Source: Phoronis australis (lineage: Eukaryota > Animalia > Phoronida). From it: a DNA stretch of 64,000 nt. Where the stretch lies: contig NMRA01000774.1 of NCBI GenBank assembly GCA_002633005.1, positions 45,501 through 109,500 of the forward strand, in the 5' to 3' direction. Numbering within the stretch: the first letter of the stretch is position 1; each line of letters starts with the position of its first letter. This document shows positions 38,901-50,900 of this stretch, piece after piece. A program made the translations under genes and the position numbers. Below the pieces are notes generated by a model. The model was not told where the DNA came from, did not search any database, and saw only the letters and a program-made list of their open reading frames with translations.

Positions 38901-41900
38901 TGGAAATTGAAAGTCCAATAATTCAAAAACGGTAACTCTGAGAAGAAATGGTTATGGTTCATTTGAAAGAGTATACCTTAAACATACACATGCAAAAATT
39001 CACGTCAATTCCTCTTCCTGTTCAAAATGGCACCCCAGCACGATTGAAAATGGGTGAAAATGCGTCATAACCGCCATTTTGAAAACAACTTCCCGTTAAC
39101 CAGTACTCGACAAGCAATTACACAAAACACATTGGGCCAAAATTGCCACCTCTACAGGACAACACGTTTTAGTCCCGAAATCGAAGTGCCTATACTCAAT
39201 GGCCGTTATTTCCGTTATCGGTGACCGAAAGTAAATCAAATACGAACATCTGTAGATCATTTCTGTTACAGTAATTTTGCCGAATTTCAGCCGCGTACGA
39301 CAAAAATTGCGGCCTCTAGTTGTGTTTGAATTTGAATTCGAAAACACAATGGCCGCCACGACCGCCATCTTAAATTGATCATGACGTGAAACTAAAGATA
39401 TCCAACTCTTCCGGAACTAGAAGATACCTGTGAATTTCGTGGAAATCGCACAAAAAATGAGACCAGAAAAATGCGAACAATCAAAAATAAAAACAAGATG
39501 CCTTACCGAAAATTGGAAAACATCATCTGAAAGCCCGTTCAAAAAACTATCTAACAAAGTAGTCTCACAAAATTCTACATTTTTTCGAAAAGTTCTGTTT
39601 TTTCATTTTTTGAAATTGAGACTCAAATAACTCAAAAATGACCAGTCTGAAAAATTCAATGTTATAGTTCATTTGAAAGAGTATACCTTAAAGAATCCCT
39701 CCTCCTGCGTTAGATTTTTTGTTGTTTTTAGTAACTGATTTCGTTTTTCTGGAGACATTTTTTTCCTTTTTTATTTTTGATCCCGTCCCCCTGAAACCTT
39801 CTGTAAATCCGCCTCTGAGTTTGTGTGTAAATTTCGTGACAATCGGAGGAAAATTGCGACCTGTAGAGTGCAAACAGCAAAAAAAAGAACTTAGTGTCAG
39901 AGCAACATACACGGAGAAAGAATTTCGCCAACATATGGAAGCGCTCGGAGGAGCGACACTCTCATTTACATGTACTACGTATGCCAACACTGTGTGTATT
40001 ATTTTACTCATATGGAGTACATTTGCCTGCGCGAAAGTAGTTCACTTCTATCATTTTGGTGGCTCACGATTTCTGGTTTAGGCGGTAGCCCTATCGCGTT
40101 CTGGAATCAATGTAAATGTTACTGAACAACTCTTGTACATGTAAATGCCGACTCAGATAAATGTCCGAACCAGGAATCTTACCTGGACCAGCCATAGTGT
40201 ACGCCTGCACGGTGGTACGTGCTTAAAAAGTGAGTTAAACTGGGTCTGAATTGAAGATAAAGTGGTGATTTCCAGCACATCACTGTGACTGGCCGCTCGG
40301 ACGTCGACTTCAGAGTTCAATCTTATCACACCTTTCTACTTTGGAAACAAGTCGGATATAATGTTCCCTGGTTTTGAGAATGACGCTTTCAATGTGTTGT
40401 TATAACTTCAGTGCAGGTTCACTAGTTATACCTCACGGAATCAGGCTGTTAGTGTTAGCCAGATGGAACACGATCAGTGACAGCGAATTTCTAGACTTGA
40501 CCAGGCGAATACACGTGTTGTTGGTCACTTTATACTAGGGAAAAATGGGGAATGAACGACAGGACAAGGACATGGTTGAAAAAAGTTGAGGAATGAAACA
40601 ACTGAATAACATTCCTATTATTCAGTGGATTAGATAGTGAGTACCTTCTCTAGCTGGCCCCAGTAGAGACAGTGAAGCGCATCTGAGAGTTTCCTACATT
40701 GACAGAGTTTCGGTGACTTATGCCTCATATTGATTAAAACATTAAGTCATGTTGTTTAAGTACATCTTGCTCATAGAGGTGTCTCTAACTTCTTCCAACT
40801 CAAACAAATTCTCCTGTAATGTAACTTGTTCAGTTGCCGAAATCGTCAACTGGACAGTTTTACACTGCGCCCCCCCCATTTTTACCGCGCCCGCCAGTGC
40901 GAGGCATAATTCGGCTTAAATCTTCCGGCGTATGTTGTTATCAGTGGCTGAAACTTGTTGTCCATGTCAAGGACCATTATGTCCGAGCAGAGTCATATTT
41001 TGTAATTCTGTAACTATAGAATATCTGCAAAAGGTTAATCAAACATATTTCCCATCTGCTATAACAAAATTGATGAGCTTGATTAAATTTTTACAGCCGT
41101 AAGTCAACTCACTTGAATACAGATGATTCTAGGGGTCACATCAGTCATGCTAGTAAAAATTGAAAGTCTTTGCTGTTTATGTAAATTTAATTTTAGATGG
41201 TGAACTGTAATAATCCACTGAAAAAGGCAGTCAAGGACATGCATAATATGCGGCAAACTCTATACTCTGACTCCCGCGCACACAAAGTTAAAAACGCTGC
41301 ATTAAAGGAGCATGCCATCCAGAAAACAACCGAGTTTGTATCAATTTAGATCGAGTAGTTCTGCTCGATAACGGCATGTTCGGTTGCGTTACCTGACAGC
41401 TGACGGCAGACGGAGGTGTTGAAATTATCCAATTACGTCATTGGTTTCACACGCAGTCTGTTCAGCAGATCACGGGTTACTGATGTCAGCTTTCGCTTGA
41501 ATTCATCGTTTAATACCAATAAAACATCAAACTTCGATGTAACACCCTTAAAAACACACCGAGTTCTTATAAAAACGTGTTGGTTTATTTCGCTATTACG
41601 GATTTATTGGTATTTGGACACACCATAGCCTACAAAGTTCGGCAAGCCAATTTACCAAGGTCCGTAACAGGAGCTTGGTGTCTGTTCGGAGATAAATTAG
41701 AAGTATTCCTCCGTAAAATACAGACAGAAGAACCTAGATCGGTATTGTTTTGAGTTGTGATTTTTTGAGTTCTAAACACACAGAACTCTTATCCTGGCCA
41801 GTGGCTCGGAACCCGATCAGGCCTGTCGCGGCCGCCAGGACTGTCACGAATATAAACCAGCTTGATTTGGAAACTAAACCTCCAGTCACGAAAAGACTAT

Positions 41901-44900
41901 AATAGTGAGCCAAAGAAATAATGTGCATGTAATTATTGATGTGAACTAGCCACGAAACTGAAAATCTTACTTGTCGGTTGCCGCTAAGACGGGCTCCCCT
42001 TCCGCAGACCGTCAGGGCAAAGGTTGTACAGTATCAATGATTTGAATAATGTATTTGTATTTCTAAATAAAAATTCCTATTACATGCGACCATAGCTTTC
42101 TGTCAGCAAACACTGAATTAGTATGCGCTCACACGGCCTCGGTGCCCGGTCAATTACATTTATTGCCGGCATTAAAAGCCGGTAACGCAGTGGCCATTGA
42201 TGGCTTCTCAACATTTGCACTCACGAATACTGCAAAGGTATTGCAAATTGTATCTAATGAGACAGACTTTGTTTCAGTTTTATATAAGCATTGGTTAGGA
42301 TGAGAACAATTCATTTTGAAACAGAACGCAGAACAATAAACGTCTACATGGCAACCCGCCCGGCGCCAATCCCGACTTAGTCAACAGCTCATCCGTCGAA
42401 GACTTCACAAGTCGGATCGTTAGGTTTCACAGGCTATCAGTTCGAACCAGAATACACTGATCAAGAAATACTAGAGAGGCGCCGTGCACATGCACAGGCA
42501 GCGGGACGTATGGATAATTCTTTGGTAAGCCGGAATTGGTCTGAGATTTGTCGACGAAAAACCGGTCTTAGACACGATGTTTGACCACCTCATACTTACC
42601 GTAATTACTATTAACAGCGTACCTTTCATGCTTCACTACGGCGAGCCACTTCCTAAGCATTTCGGGCTATCGAGGAAGTCGAAAAAACGATATACCCGAT
42701 TTCTTCGCAGCTTCATACATTGTAGTTCGGGCAAGCGGGAACAATGCAACGCAACATACATGTAGCAGCATTCACTCTACAGACGAACTACTGGCTTCGC
42801 TGTGTCGTTTCTCACCTTCCTCACAGTTTAACGCGACACCTCTCGGCAAGATGAGGTCGACCGTATAAAAGGTGATGTAGATAATTACCGATTGAGACGG
42901 TAAAAAAGACTAATTAAAACGGGTGGCATTCTCCTTTAACGCAGAGGTACTTGGAGTTTTTTGACCTCGTTTATATTCAATTCAACTATGATTGGCTGGA
43001 CACTAGGCCTGCAGCTCATGCATTCCGTTTTGTTCAAAACTCACACAGCTGCAGTAATCCGCAAGAATGGATGCCAGTATTCTCATTGCTCAGGCTGAAG
43101 ATCGACATGAACATGTACTTATTGATTCACCCTCTGTTTCTAAGACGACAACAGGAGCAAAGAGATTGTTAAATTTTGAGTCCGAGTTAGTTGACGATGG
43201 GTATTCAGTATCTGAGAATTATCAACCGTCCAACCCTTTCCTGTCAAACGTGTCCAAAGACTCAACTGAGCAACTTGATCGGAAACTGTTTAAAATCAGT
43301 ACATCTTTGGATGATCTTTGCAAGAAAAATGTTTGCTTAGATTTCCCATGAGGGACCTGGATGACAAGCCGCTTCTTTGGAAAATTGTGAAAGAAGTGAA
43401 AAATCGTCCACATGGGCTACCACTTCTGTGTGTCATTCACTTCATATTGCTGTGACTAAGAATGACTTCTCTGTAGCCATAATGTATGGGATTCATGTAG
43501 ATGTTTGCCAAAACCCCTCAAATCTCTAATGTACAGAGGCAATTGTCTGCTGCGTGCATTCGTCATTATTTCTGGCAATGGTGTATGTTTGAACATTTTT
43601 CAGATGGCTCACAGTTATAGCTAATAATTGTTTATAACATTTAGTTTTATCAAAGGTATATAGTTGATGATAGCAATTAGATCGGTGATATAATAAGTTC
43701 ATAAAAAGTCACTCTCATGACACACATTTAATAAATTGTTACCATTCCCCTTGAATTTCTGACAGACAATTGTGCGAATTTATACATTTGGGAGAAGCTC
43801 CGACTTTGATCAAAATAATTATTCACTGTCCCAATCTAGAGAATTTTTGCGTAATCAATTTTTGAAATTCAGTGTGTAGTTAAATGTAAAACTATGGATG
43901 ACTGTTCTTGTTTATAAGAGGATTCTGCTTTAACAAAAAAGGTTGTAAAAGTGATGACAATTTATTGTTTAGTTTTTGATATTTCGTGATGGTGTGGTAG
44001 TTTACACCAGCTATAAAAGTGTCAGTGACAAAAGGTAGAAATCATAAATGACAACAGATATCAATAGTCCATTTCAGTTAATGACTCCGAAGCAGATAAT
44101 AGTGGCAGTACCCGTGTGGTTAAAGAGTCATCTCATAATGCTTTTGATTTCAAAATCTTGAGCGACTTTCTGATTTGTTAGCTATGAGTGTTTTTTCACA
44201 AGAAATAATGTGTGCGTGTGTTGTTAAAATAAGTTGCTTAGTGAGTTAGCCACTGAATGATCTCAGTGCTTAATATGCTTAAAGGAGAATGCCACCCGAT
44301 TTAACTTAGTCTTTTTTGCCGTCTTAATCGGTCTATATCCACATCGCCTCGCATATGGTCGACTTTACCTTGCCAAGAGGTGTCGCGTTAACATGTGAGG
44401 AAGGTGAGAAACGACGCTAGCGACGTCAGTGGTTCATATGCAGAGTGAATGCCGCTATGTTGCGGTGCATCGCTCCCGCTTGTCCGAATTAAAGGCGAAG
44501 GCAACCTTTTTCCATGTCACTTTGGGCTAAAATAAGGTTGGTTGGTTATCCTAGACATATTTTCAATTAATTATAACTTTTCGTAATTTTATTAATTGCT
44601 CGTCCGCTATTCCGGAAGTGACGTTTTAGGAGGCAAGCATTTCGCGCCAATTTCTTTTCATATAGTCTGACTGTGAGAGCTGCCGAGTCAGTCATTGTTC
44701 TACCTCGGTTGTGTTAAGTTCCGTCGTCGTTTGCTTTCATTAACTAGTCAGTCAACATGCCACACCGTTGCTGCGTACCGGGATGTACTAATTATCGGCT
44801 CACGCGCGCTTTTGGAGTACCTTTGCATCGCTTTCTGATGGATGACACACTACGCCGTACTTGGCTCGTTCGTGTGAAGAACGGAGCGTTACCCGTCCAC

Positions 44901-47900
44901 GCAACGTACAAAGCAGTGGAGAATTACCGTGTGTGGCAAGCACTTTCTGCCGTCCGATTACGAAAGGGATTTGTACGCTGAACTGATGAAGGTCCCTGCG
45001 ACAACGCCTGAAGAAGGATGCCATTCCGTCTGTGTTGATTCCCGGCAGTGCCCCGTCGCCACCCCCGAGAAGTGCGTTTTTGAAGCGAGAAGCCTCGCGA
45101 GCTGTGGCCAGTACAGTGACTGGAGCCAGTGGAGGCACTTCATCTACTGTCACCCGTGCCTCCGAACGTACCCCAGAGCGTGCAATTCCTGGAACCAGTA
45201 GTGATTCGCCCTGTGCTGTTTTCTCCAGCCCAGAGCCTCGAAGCAGCCCTGCAGCGATATTGAGTAGTGGGAGTGATTACAGGCCCAGTTCGACACCCAG
45301 TGAAGAGGACAGTTCGTCGTCCAGTGAACAGATCGGTGAGCCAAACTTTGATAAGTTTATTGTGGACTTGTCTAAAGTGTTGGAGCTATTTAGAAGGTGC
45401 CAGGTGTGTGGCGAGGGAGTCACACGACACGATGTAAGCAGTTTGGGTGCTCAGGTCACCATCCAGTGGGAGTGTGTCGCGGGACACTCTGGCAAGTGGG
45501 ACAGTTGTTCCTCTGTCCGTGGTATGCCGGAGGTCCACTTAACCGTGTCCAGTAGTGGCTTGGCCTCATCGAACTCTGAACAGCACAAGCATTCCATTGA
45601 GGTAGGCATAACAACGCACACAGTGCATTTGCACCAAGATGTGTCACCACGTCTGTCCTCAGTAGCCGCCTCGTTTCTCTCAACAGCTGCCTATGCCTGT
45701 GCGTACTCTGCCTCGTTACACTCGGGCTCAAACATGTACCCACCCACTGAATGTCCGTGAAAAAATTCCTCGTCACCACTGCTGTGAACAAGGTCTCCAT
45801 CACTCACACTACTGTCACTGTGATACGGGTCACCGACTCCAGCCATTTTCAGCTTACAACACACTAAACAATCCCTAAATCCAACGTAGTTGAGTTCTCT
45901 ACTAACCTATCTTGCCGCAGAATACTCGCCGATGGAAAGTGGTGGCGACAATTGGTGAAAAATAGCACAAAACAGAAGTAGAATAGAACAGATTTGCACA
46001 GTAAACTCAATGCAAAACCAAGTGGCGGGAAACGCTTGCCTCCTAAAACGTCACTTCCGGAATAGCGGACGAGTAATTAATAAAATTACGAAAAGCTGTA
46101 ATTAAGTGAAAAATATGTCTAAGACAACCAATCAACCTTACTTTAGCTCAAAATGACATGGAAAAAGGTTGCCTTCGCCTTTAAGCAGCTGCGAGGAAAG
46201 CGGGTATATCGTTTTTTTTACTTCCTCGAGAGTCCGAAATGCTTAAGAAGTGGCTCATGGTAGTGAAGAATGAAATGTACGCTGTAAATAGCAAGTATGA
46301 GGCCGTGAAATGTATCCGTGTCTGTGGCATGCAGACGTCCACAGAGGCTCAGTGACGAATGCCGGCTTACAAAATAACTCTATGTTCCGTTGTCTGAGCT
46401 TGTTTACGGCGCCTCTCTAGTATTTGTTCATCACTGTATTCCTGTTCGAATTGATAGCCTTAAAAACTTAACGATCCACCTGCAATGTCGGGACTGATGA
46501 GCTCTAGCTCGTCCTAAGTCGGGATTGCGAGTTGCTATGATTGCAGAGTACTGAGCGTTCTGTTTCAAAATGCCTTCTCACCCGAACCAACTGAAACAAA
46601 GTCTGTCTCATTAGATGCAATTTGTAACGCCTTTGGAGTGTTTGTGAATGCAAATGATTTGAGAAGCCAGCAGTGAATCAATCACTGCTTTACCGGCTTT
46701 AGGTGCAATAAAACTAATTGACGGGACACCGAGGCCGTTTGAGCTCATGCTACTAAATGAATTTAGTGTTTGCTGGCAGAAACTGTTGAGAAACAACTCG
46801 ATTTCCATCCCACGGCTAGGTGTTAGGGGAATATTTATATACGTTTACGTTACTCAAAAAATGATTGTCAATGTAAAACTTCTGGCCTGACGGTGCTGTG
46901 CTGTGGCCAAAGCCGAACCCGTGTGAATTTGCGGCCCCGACGAGCAGTTTCGTGGCTAATTCCGACACCAACATAATCACGCGTGCACATTACTTTGGCT
47001 CACTAGTATAGTATTTTCTTGACTCGAAGTTTAGTTTCCACTGAACTTTGGCTGGTTTATGTTCGTAATGTCTGATCGGTTTCCGAGCCACTGGCCGGGA
47101 CTTGAAGTCAATCCGGCCGGCCGCGACGGGCTTCAGTGATCGGGCTCCGAGACACTAGCCAGTATAACAAGCGTTTTGTCTTTAGAACTCAAAAAGTCAT
47201 TGGTCTAAACAACACAGATCAAGGTTCTCCTGTCTGTATCTCACGAAAAATACTTCGAAATTATCTCCGAACAGACCCCAAACTCCTGCTACGGACTTCA
47301 TTGGCCTGCCGAACTTTGTAGGCTACGGTGTGTCCAAATACCAATAAATCCGAAAGAGCGAAATAAAACAACACGTTTTTATAAGAACTCGGTGTATTTT
47401 TAAGGGTTTTACATCGAAGTTTGATGTTTTATTGGTGTTAAACGATGACTTCAAGCGATAAGCTGACACCAGTAACCCGAGTTGTGAACTGCGGAACGGA
47501 CTGCGTGTGAAACCGATGATGTCATTGGATAACTTCAACACCTCCGTCTGCCGTCAGGTGTCAGGTAACGCAACGGTACGTGTCGTTATGGGGTAGAACT
47601 ACTCGATCTAAATTGATACAAATTAGGTTGTTTTTGGGTGGCATGCTCCTTTAAGGGTTTTGATCAAAGAATAATATTTTTTATTGGTTAGACTGATACT
47701 TACCAAGGGAACTTGTACCATGTGATAAAACGTAATTGTTTGCATATATTTTTGAAAAAATCAACGGTTTAACGAGATGACGTTACAATCGTGTCTTCAG
47801 CATCTAACGTCAATGTATAATACAGGATTAATTTTACATAAACATTTAAAATGTTATAGATTTTGGATTTCCTATACATAGTTAAGGTTAAGAATCGGTG

Positions 47901-50900
47901 CCTATATGATGTTCTCTGCACATTTGTTGCTTTGATAAAACTATCACTGATGGTGATACTCTATCAAAAATTAAAAAATTAAAGGGCAATTTTGACAGTA
48001 AAATCAGCCATGAAAATCTTATTTTAATGATGTGGATTTCTGACTCTGTCCCGATTTTTGTAGTTTAGAGTGGCCTAAAAGAGCTTCTGGGTTCCTTGTT
48101 AATTCCAGGATGCCGTATCTCTTGGGAAGCATTTTTAATTAGTGCATCTGCTTTGAATAAATTTATATTTTTGATTATTTTTGGCAACTTTCCCAGATTT
48201 CCTTAAAGTTTCCAGGCTCAGATTTGGAAATTCTGGGTATTAGAAGAGGCATAAAAATTGATGCTGTGAAACCTGTTGTGATACGAATAGATGTTATTGA
48301 AAGTACTTTTGTCTGCATTAAACTCAGCATTCTAACACAATGTGTCCTTCGTTGATTACCACAAGTGCCACGTTGCAAGCTAATTCGTTGTTTTGGAAGC
48401 TAATTCCTTGTTTCGCAAGCGTTTCACACCACAGTTGTTGATGTCAGAGCCTCAGGGTTAACATACACTACTTGATAATTCCCTTTAATTATGGCACTAA
48501 TTGGAGCACATAGGNTAAAATTGTTTTAGTCGACAGATTTTCCGAACAGAAGCTTCATACTTCGGGCCCCCGATTCTTTTGGGACGCCTGTACACATACA
48601 GCCGCTCTCTGCCCAATTCCCGAAGGCAACATGTTGTGCCCCCCCCCTTCTGGTCCCTGATCCGCCACTGGAAGAGTACTACAAAACATCACCACTAGTT
48701 TCTTCATCATCAGTATCAACATCACTAAATGTTTCTCAAAAAAATGTAGCTGTTCTGGTATTGAAATTAGTCATAGGTGAATTTAGGGGGCGGGGCAGGG
48801 GACCCGCCCCCGCCCCTCCCTGGCTGGTGCAAGCAAAATTAAACATCAACAGCATGAAGGAGTATGGAGTTCACCAACAAGGAACGGGACGCCCCGGAGC
48901 GCGGCGGAATCGGATTGCCGTTTTTTTTGCGAAGGGGAACACTAGGTCACTTCGCCGGCCCCGCAACTTTCGGGGTAGCTGTGCATACAATCGCGATTTG
49001 CCCAATTCTCCTAGGCAGCATGTTGGGCCCACCCTTATGGTATCCTAGATCCGCCTCTGTTAGTGCACGGCGAAGATCAACAAAAGTTTGGTGAACTACA
49101 GGGCTAATAAGCAAACAATTTGCAGTTCAGTGTGGGAACGTCAAAAGCGCAATTAGTTGATCTGTCAACTGTGCTTCTTCTGCTAGCTTTATTTTAATCG
49201 CACAGTGAACCTTTTATGTTCACTTAGTGATAACTAAGTGATGTTTTTCGTTTTAAAATTGCTTCAATTAATATTACAGGTACTCCAATATCGTCCGCAT
49301 TGGTCGCGATTCTACTCGGGGATTCCATTGGTCGCGATTCTACTCGGGGATTCCATTGACAGGGAATTCCCCGACTATTCACGATACATTTACATAAACG
49401 CGTCGACAAATTCGGGTTTTCTCATCTANGAACTACAGGGCTAATAAGCAAACAATTTGCAGTTCAGTGTGGGAACGTCAAAAGCGCAATTAGTTGATCT
49501 GTCAACTGTGCTTCTTCTGCTAGCTTTATTTTAATCGCACAGTGAACCTTTTATGTTCACTAAGTGATAACTAAGTGATGTTTTTCGTTTTAAAATTGCT
49601 TCAATTAATATTACAGGTACTCCAATATCGTCCGCATTGGTCGCGATTCTACTCGGGGATTCCATTGGTCGCGATTCTACTCGGGGATTCCATTGACAGG
49701 GAATTCCCCGACTATTCACGATACATTTACATAAACGCGTCGACAAATTCGGGTTTTCTCATCTAAAAGGATTGTAATTACCATTTTTAAGAACTTAGTC
49801 CTAACTGCTACAAAAACATTCAAACTACAACAATGACGAAACGTTTTCTGCGGTTTATTTGGCGCGGATACGAACCGATATGATCTCGTGAGATCCAGTC
49901 TCATCACCCGTTTTTCGCGGTATTTTGTAAATGTGATGTGCCATACATGTACATGTATGTAAAAGACTAGTCGCCAACGGACTAGAGCAACGTCTTTCGT
50001 GAAAATAGTGACACTGCGAAATTGACTGACTAGAATATTAGTTGAGATGATTACGCCAATGGTGATGGAATTGCTGGTGGCAACGATAACATGATGGTAA
50101 CAATCATATGACGAATGAAGAGGTCAAAAATGAGCAAGAAATATAAGTTATTGTATTGTTTTATAAAATGATAATCCAAGAAAGGTGCAGCAAAAATCAG
50201 TCAACAAAGGAACAGCGTCACAAAAAATCCTAAAAAACTCAAAAATAGGCGTCGTAGCGAAAATTAAAAAATATTTTCTGAAACCCCCATCAAATCTTTA
50301 TCATACGATAAAGTTTTACGAAATTCTATTGAACAGAAGAATTCAATTTTTTATTTTTTTTTGAAATTGAAAGTCAAATAACTTAAAACCTGTACGTTTG
50401 AGAATACATCGTTCGTTCGGAGAATCCACCCGCAAAAATTCACGTCGTTTGCTCTTCCCATTAAAAATGGCACCACAGCATGATTGAAATTTGTTAGAAA
50501 TGCGTCAAATCCCCCATTTTGAAGACACCTTCCGGTTTAGCAGCACTCGACGAATTAAGTGATGCTATATTGCAACCTCTTCTGCACAAAACGGTTTCGT
50601 CCCGAAATCGAGGTGCGTATCTTGCGCAATGGTCGATATTATCGCCATCTTTGTCCAAAAGTAAACGATTTAAAGCACACGTGTAGCACATATCAAGTAC
50701 AGCAATCGTGTCGACTTTCAGCCGTGTATGTTAAACATTGCAGCTTATATGAGTATTTGAATCTCAATTCGAAAACAAACTGGCCATATTGAATCCGATT
50801 GAGACCAAAAACGATAATATTCCAGGTCTTCTGAAATTTTCTTCGGACGAAAATTGTTACTTCTAACCTGCGAACAACCAAAAAAATATTGCCACAGCTA

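Larger units (their letters stand above)
44493..46180 (+). mobile_element. Kolobok element family B, copy 2 (1688-bp internal-deletion derivative)
   Basis: TTAA target duplication at 44489-44492 and 46181-46184. TIRs of about 150 bp starting AGGCGAAGGCAACC. Convergent THAP-transposase and KolX stubs inside. Confidence 0.9.
44283..47650 (-). mobile_element. Kolobok family A, inverted full copy interrupted by a family B element
   Basis: TTAA|AGGAGAATGCCACCC...GGGTGGCATGCTCCT|TTAA. Removing 44493-46184 leaves 1676 bp, colinear in reverse with 41306-42935. Confidence 0.8.

Noticed and set aside
43067-43440. 94-aa acidic ORF between the inverted Kolobok copies
   Set aside because: No recognisable motif or clear splice structure. 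Possibly a decayed transposon fragment.
45032-45760. 242-aa ORF as an intact gene
   Set aside because: It has no genuine start, the upstream THAP part is frameshifted, and its 3' third is the antisense of KolX past a deletion junction.
49093-49765. About 336-bp tandem duplication with internal 28-bp repeats (superficially CRISPR-like)
   Set aside because: Joined at N 49429, so an assembly artefact is likely. The 28-bp units are directly adjacent with no spacers, and the context is eukaryotic.
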